Positions 60,201 to 64,000 of a stretch of DNA of 64,000 nucleotides are shown piece by piece. A program made the position numbers and the translations under genes. Each line of letters starts with the position of its first letter. The first letter of the stretch is position 1. The notes beneath the pieces were generated by a model that had not been told where the DNA came from, made no database searches, and saw only the letters and a list, made by a program, of their open reading frames with translations. Origin of the DNA: Nemertoderma westbladi (taxonomy: Eukaryota; Animalia; Xenacoelomorpha); assembly GCA_032718475.1 (NCBI GenBank), contig JAUCBJ010002983.1:32594-96593 (forward strand), in the 5' to 3' direction.

Positions 60201-63200
60201 AATGAACCAACCACAATGAGTGAACCAACCACAATCAGTGAACCAACCACAATCAGTGAACCAACCACAATGAGTGAACCAACCACAATGAGTGAACCAA
60301 CCACAATCAGTGAACCAACCACAATCAGTGAACAAACCACAATCAGTGAACCAACCACAATCAGTGAACCAACCACCATCAGTGAACCAACCACAATCAA
60401 TGAACCAACCACAATGAGTGAACCAACCACAATGAGTGAACCAACCACAATCAGTGAACCAACCACAATCAGTGAACCAACCACAATGAGTGAACCAACC
60501 ACAATGAGTGAACCAACCACAATCAGTGAGCCAACCACAATCAGTGAACCAACCACAATCAATGAACCAACCACAATCAGTGAACCAACCACAATCAATG
60601 AACCAACCACAATCAATGAACCAACCACAATGAGTGAACCAACCACAATGAGTGAACCAACCACAATCAGTGAACCAACCACAATCAATGAACCAACCAC
60701 AATCCAACCACAATCAGTGAACCAACCACAATCAATGAACCAACCACAATGAGTGAACCAACCACAATGAGTGAACCAACCACAATCAGTGAACCAACCA
60801 CAATCAGTGAACCAACCACAATCAGTGAACCAACCACAATCCAACCACAATCCAACCACAATCAGTGAACCAACCACAATGAGTGAACCAACCACAATGA
60901 GTGAACCAACCACAATCAGTGAACCAACCACAATCAGTGAACCAACCACAATCAGTGAACAAACCACAATCAGTGAACCAACCACAATCAGTGAACCAAC
61001 CACCATCAGTGAACCAACCACAATCAATGAACCAACCACAATGAGTGAACCAACCACAATGAGTGAACCAACCACAATCAGTGAACCAACCACAATCAAT
61101 GAACCAACCACAATCCAACCACAATCAGTGAACCAACCACAATCAATGAACCAACCACAATCAATGAACCAACCACAATGAGTGAACCAACCACAATGAG
61201 TGAACCAACCACAATCAGCGAACCAACCACAATCAGTGAACCAACCACAATGAGTGAACCAACCACAATCAGTGAACAAACCACAATCAGTGAACCAACC
61301 ACAATCAGTGAACCAACCACAATCAGTGAACCAACCACAATCAATGAACCAACCACAATGAGTGAACCAACCACAATGAGTGAACCAACCACAATCAGTG
61401 AACCAACCACAATCAGTGAACCAACCACAATGAGTGAACCAACCACAATGAGTGAACCAACCACAATCAGTGAGCCAACCACAATCAGTGAACCAACCAC
61501 AATCAATGAACCAACCACAATCAGTGAACCAACCACAATCAATGAACCAACCACAATCAATGAACCAACACAATCAGTGAACCAACCACAACCAATGAAC
61601 CAACCACAATCAGTGAACCAACCACAATCAGTGAACCAACCACAATCAATGAACCAACCACAATCAGTGAACCAACCACAATCAGTGAACCAACCACAAT
61701 CAATGAACCAACCACAATGAGTGAACCAACCACAATGAGTGAACCAACCACAATCAGTGAACCAACCACAATCAATGAACCAACCACAATCCAACCACAA
61801 TCAGTGAACCAACCACAATCAATGAACCAACCACAATCAATGAACCAACCACAATCAATGAACCAACCACAATCAGTGAACCAACCACAATCAATGAACT
61901 AACCACAATCAATGAACCAACCACAATCAATGAACCAACCACAATCAGTGAACTAACCACAATCAATGAACCAACCACAATCAATGAACCAACCACAATC
62001 AATGAACCAACCACAATCCAACCACAATCAGTGAACCAACCACAATCAATGAACCAACCACAATCAATGAACCAACCACAATCAATGAACCAACCACAAT
62101 GAGTGAACCAACCACAATAAGTGAACCAACCACAATCAGTGAACCAACCACAATCAGTGAACCAACCACAATCAGTGAACCAACCACAATCAATGAACCA
62201 ACCACAATCCAACCACAATCAGTGAACCAACCACAATCAATGAACCAACCACAATCAATGAACCAACCACAATCAATGAACCAACCACAATGAGTGAACC
62301 AACCACAATAAGTGAACCAACCACAATCAATGAACCAACCACAATCAGTGAACCAACCACAATCCAACCACAATCAGTGAACCAACCACAATCAATGAAC
62401 CAACCACAATCAATGAACCAACCACAATCAATGAACCAACCACAATGAGTGAACCAACCACAATAAGTGAACCAACCACAATCAGTGAACCAACCACAAT
62501 CAGTGAACCAACCACAATCAGTGAACCAACCACAATCAATGAACCAACCACAATCCAACCACAATCAGTGAACCAACCACAATCAATGAACCAACCACAA
62601 TCAATGAACCAACCACAATCAATGAACCAACCACAATGAGTGAACCAACCACAATAAGTGAACCAACCACAATCAATGAACCAACCACAATCAGTGAACC
62701 AACCACAATCAGTGAACCAACCACAATCAGTGAACCAACCACAATCAATGAACCAACCACAATGAGTGAACCAACCACAATGAGTGAACCAACCACAATC
62801 AATGAACCAACCACAATCAGTGAACCAACCACAATCAGTGAACCAACCACAATCAGTGAACCAACCACAATCAGTGAACCAACCACAATCAGTGAACCAA
62901 CCACAATCAATGAACCAACCACAATCCAACCACAATCAGTGAACCAACCACAATCAATGAACCAACCACAATCAATGAACCAACCACAATCAATGAACCA
63001 ACCACAATGAGTGAACCAACCACAATAAGTGAACCAACCACAATCAGTGAACCAACCACAATCAATAAACCAACCACAATCAATGAACCAACCACAATCA
63101 ATGAACCAACCACAATCAGTGAACCAACCACAATCAATGAACCAAGCACAATGAGTGAACCAACCACAATGAGTGAACCAACCACAATCAGTGAACCAAC

Positions 63201-64000
63201 CACAATCAGTGAACCAACCACAATCAGTGAACCAACCACAATCAGTGAACCAACCACAATCAGTGAACCAACCACAATCAGTGAACCAACCACAATCAGT
63301 GAACCAACCACAATCAATGAACCAACCACAATCAGTGAACCAACCACAATCATTGAACCAACCACAATCAATGAACCAACACAATCAGTGAACCAACCAC
63401 AACCAATGAACCAACCACAATCAGTGAACTAACCACAATCAGTGAACCAACCACAATCAATGAACCAACCACAATCAGTGAACCAACCACAATGAGTGAA
63501 CCAACCACAATCAGTGAACCAACCACAATCAGTGAACCAACCACAATGAGTGAACCAACCACAATCAATGAACCAACCACAATCAATGAACCAACCACAA
63601 TCAATGAACCAACCACAATCAGTGAACCAACCACAATCAGTGAACCAACCACAATGAGTGAACCAACCACAATGAGTGAACCAACCACAATCAGTGAACC
63701 AACCACAATCAGTGAACCAACCACAATCAATGAACCAACCACAATGAGTGAACCAACCACAATCAGTGAACCAACCACAATCAGTGAACCAACCACAATC
63801 AATGAACCAACCACAATCAGTGAACCAACCACAATCAATGAACCAACCACAATCAATGAACCAACCACAATCAGTGAACCAACCACAACCAATGAACCAA
63901 CCACAATCAGTGAACCAACCACAATCAGTGAACCAACCACAATCAGTGAACCAACCACAATCAGTGAACCAACCACAATCAGTGAACCAACCACAATCAG
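57228..64000. repeat. 18-bp minisatellite AACCAACCACAATCA(G/A)TG (~375 units, runs off the window), intronic in the dynein gene
   Basis: Directly visible, with interspersed 11-bp truncated units (CCAACCACAAT). Begins ~200 bp into the intron upstream of exon 56855-57026. Confidence 0.99.

Noticed and set aside
57156-63994. Long repetitive ORFs (DCGWFT, SLIVVG, NQPQSV, SEPTTI; mucin-like)
   Set aside because: These result from a stop-poor 18-bp unit. Frames are repeatedly broken by 11-bp units, there is no unique coding flank, and the array lies in a dynein intron.

Overview
This is eukaryotic (animal-type) genomic DNA with spliceosomal introns, not prokaryotic; the taxon cannot be fixed from the sequence alone. 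Four host genes are recognisable: a two-exon MEIG1-like gene (minus strand) head-to-head with an intronless TUBGCP5 (gamma-tubulin complex component 5), an intronless SDR39U1/TIGR01777 epimerase-family gene, and the last four exons of an axonemal dynein heavy chain (minus strand, DNAH6/DNAH14-like). More than half the window is tandem repeat: a ~23.5 kb 25-bp satellite, a ~3.4 kb 69-bp array inside a probable Helentron-type non-autonomous element, and an intronic 18-bp minisatellite (>6.7 kb). The rest holds LINEs (L2-group, RTE and others) and MITEs, including a four-level nest. Most notable: (1) a LINE with a clean twin-priming 5' inversion inside a 16-bp target-site duplication; (2) two unrelated LINEs whose ORF2 follows ORF1 in frame across a single UGA-C stop, suggesting readthrough; (3) the satellite grading into a structured RTE 5' region; (4) a 69-bp unit that reads as a complete intron plus microexon; (5) adjacent X-box and CDE/CHR motifs in the MEIG1/TUBGCP5 divergent promoter. 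All family assignments come from motif recognition by eye; no searches were run.
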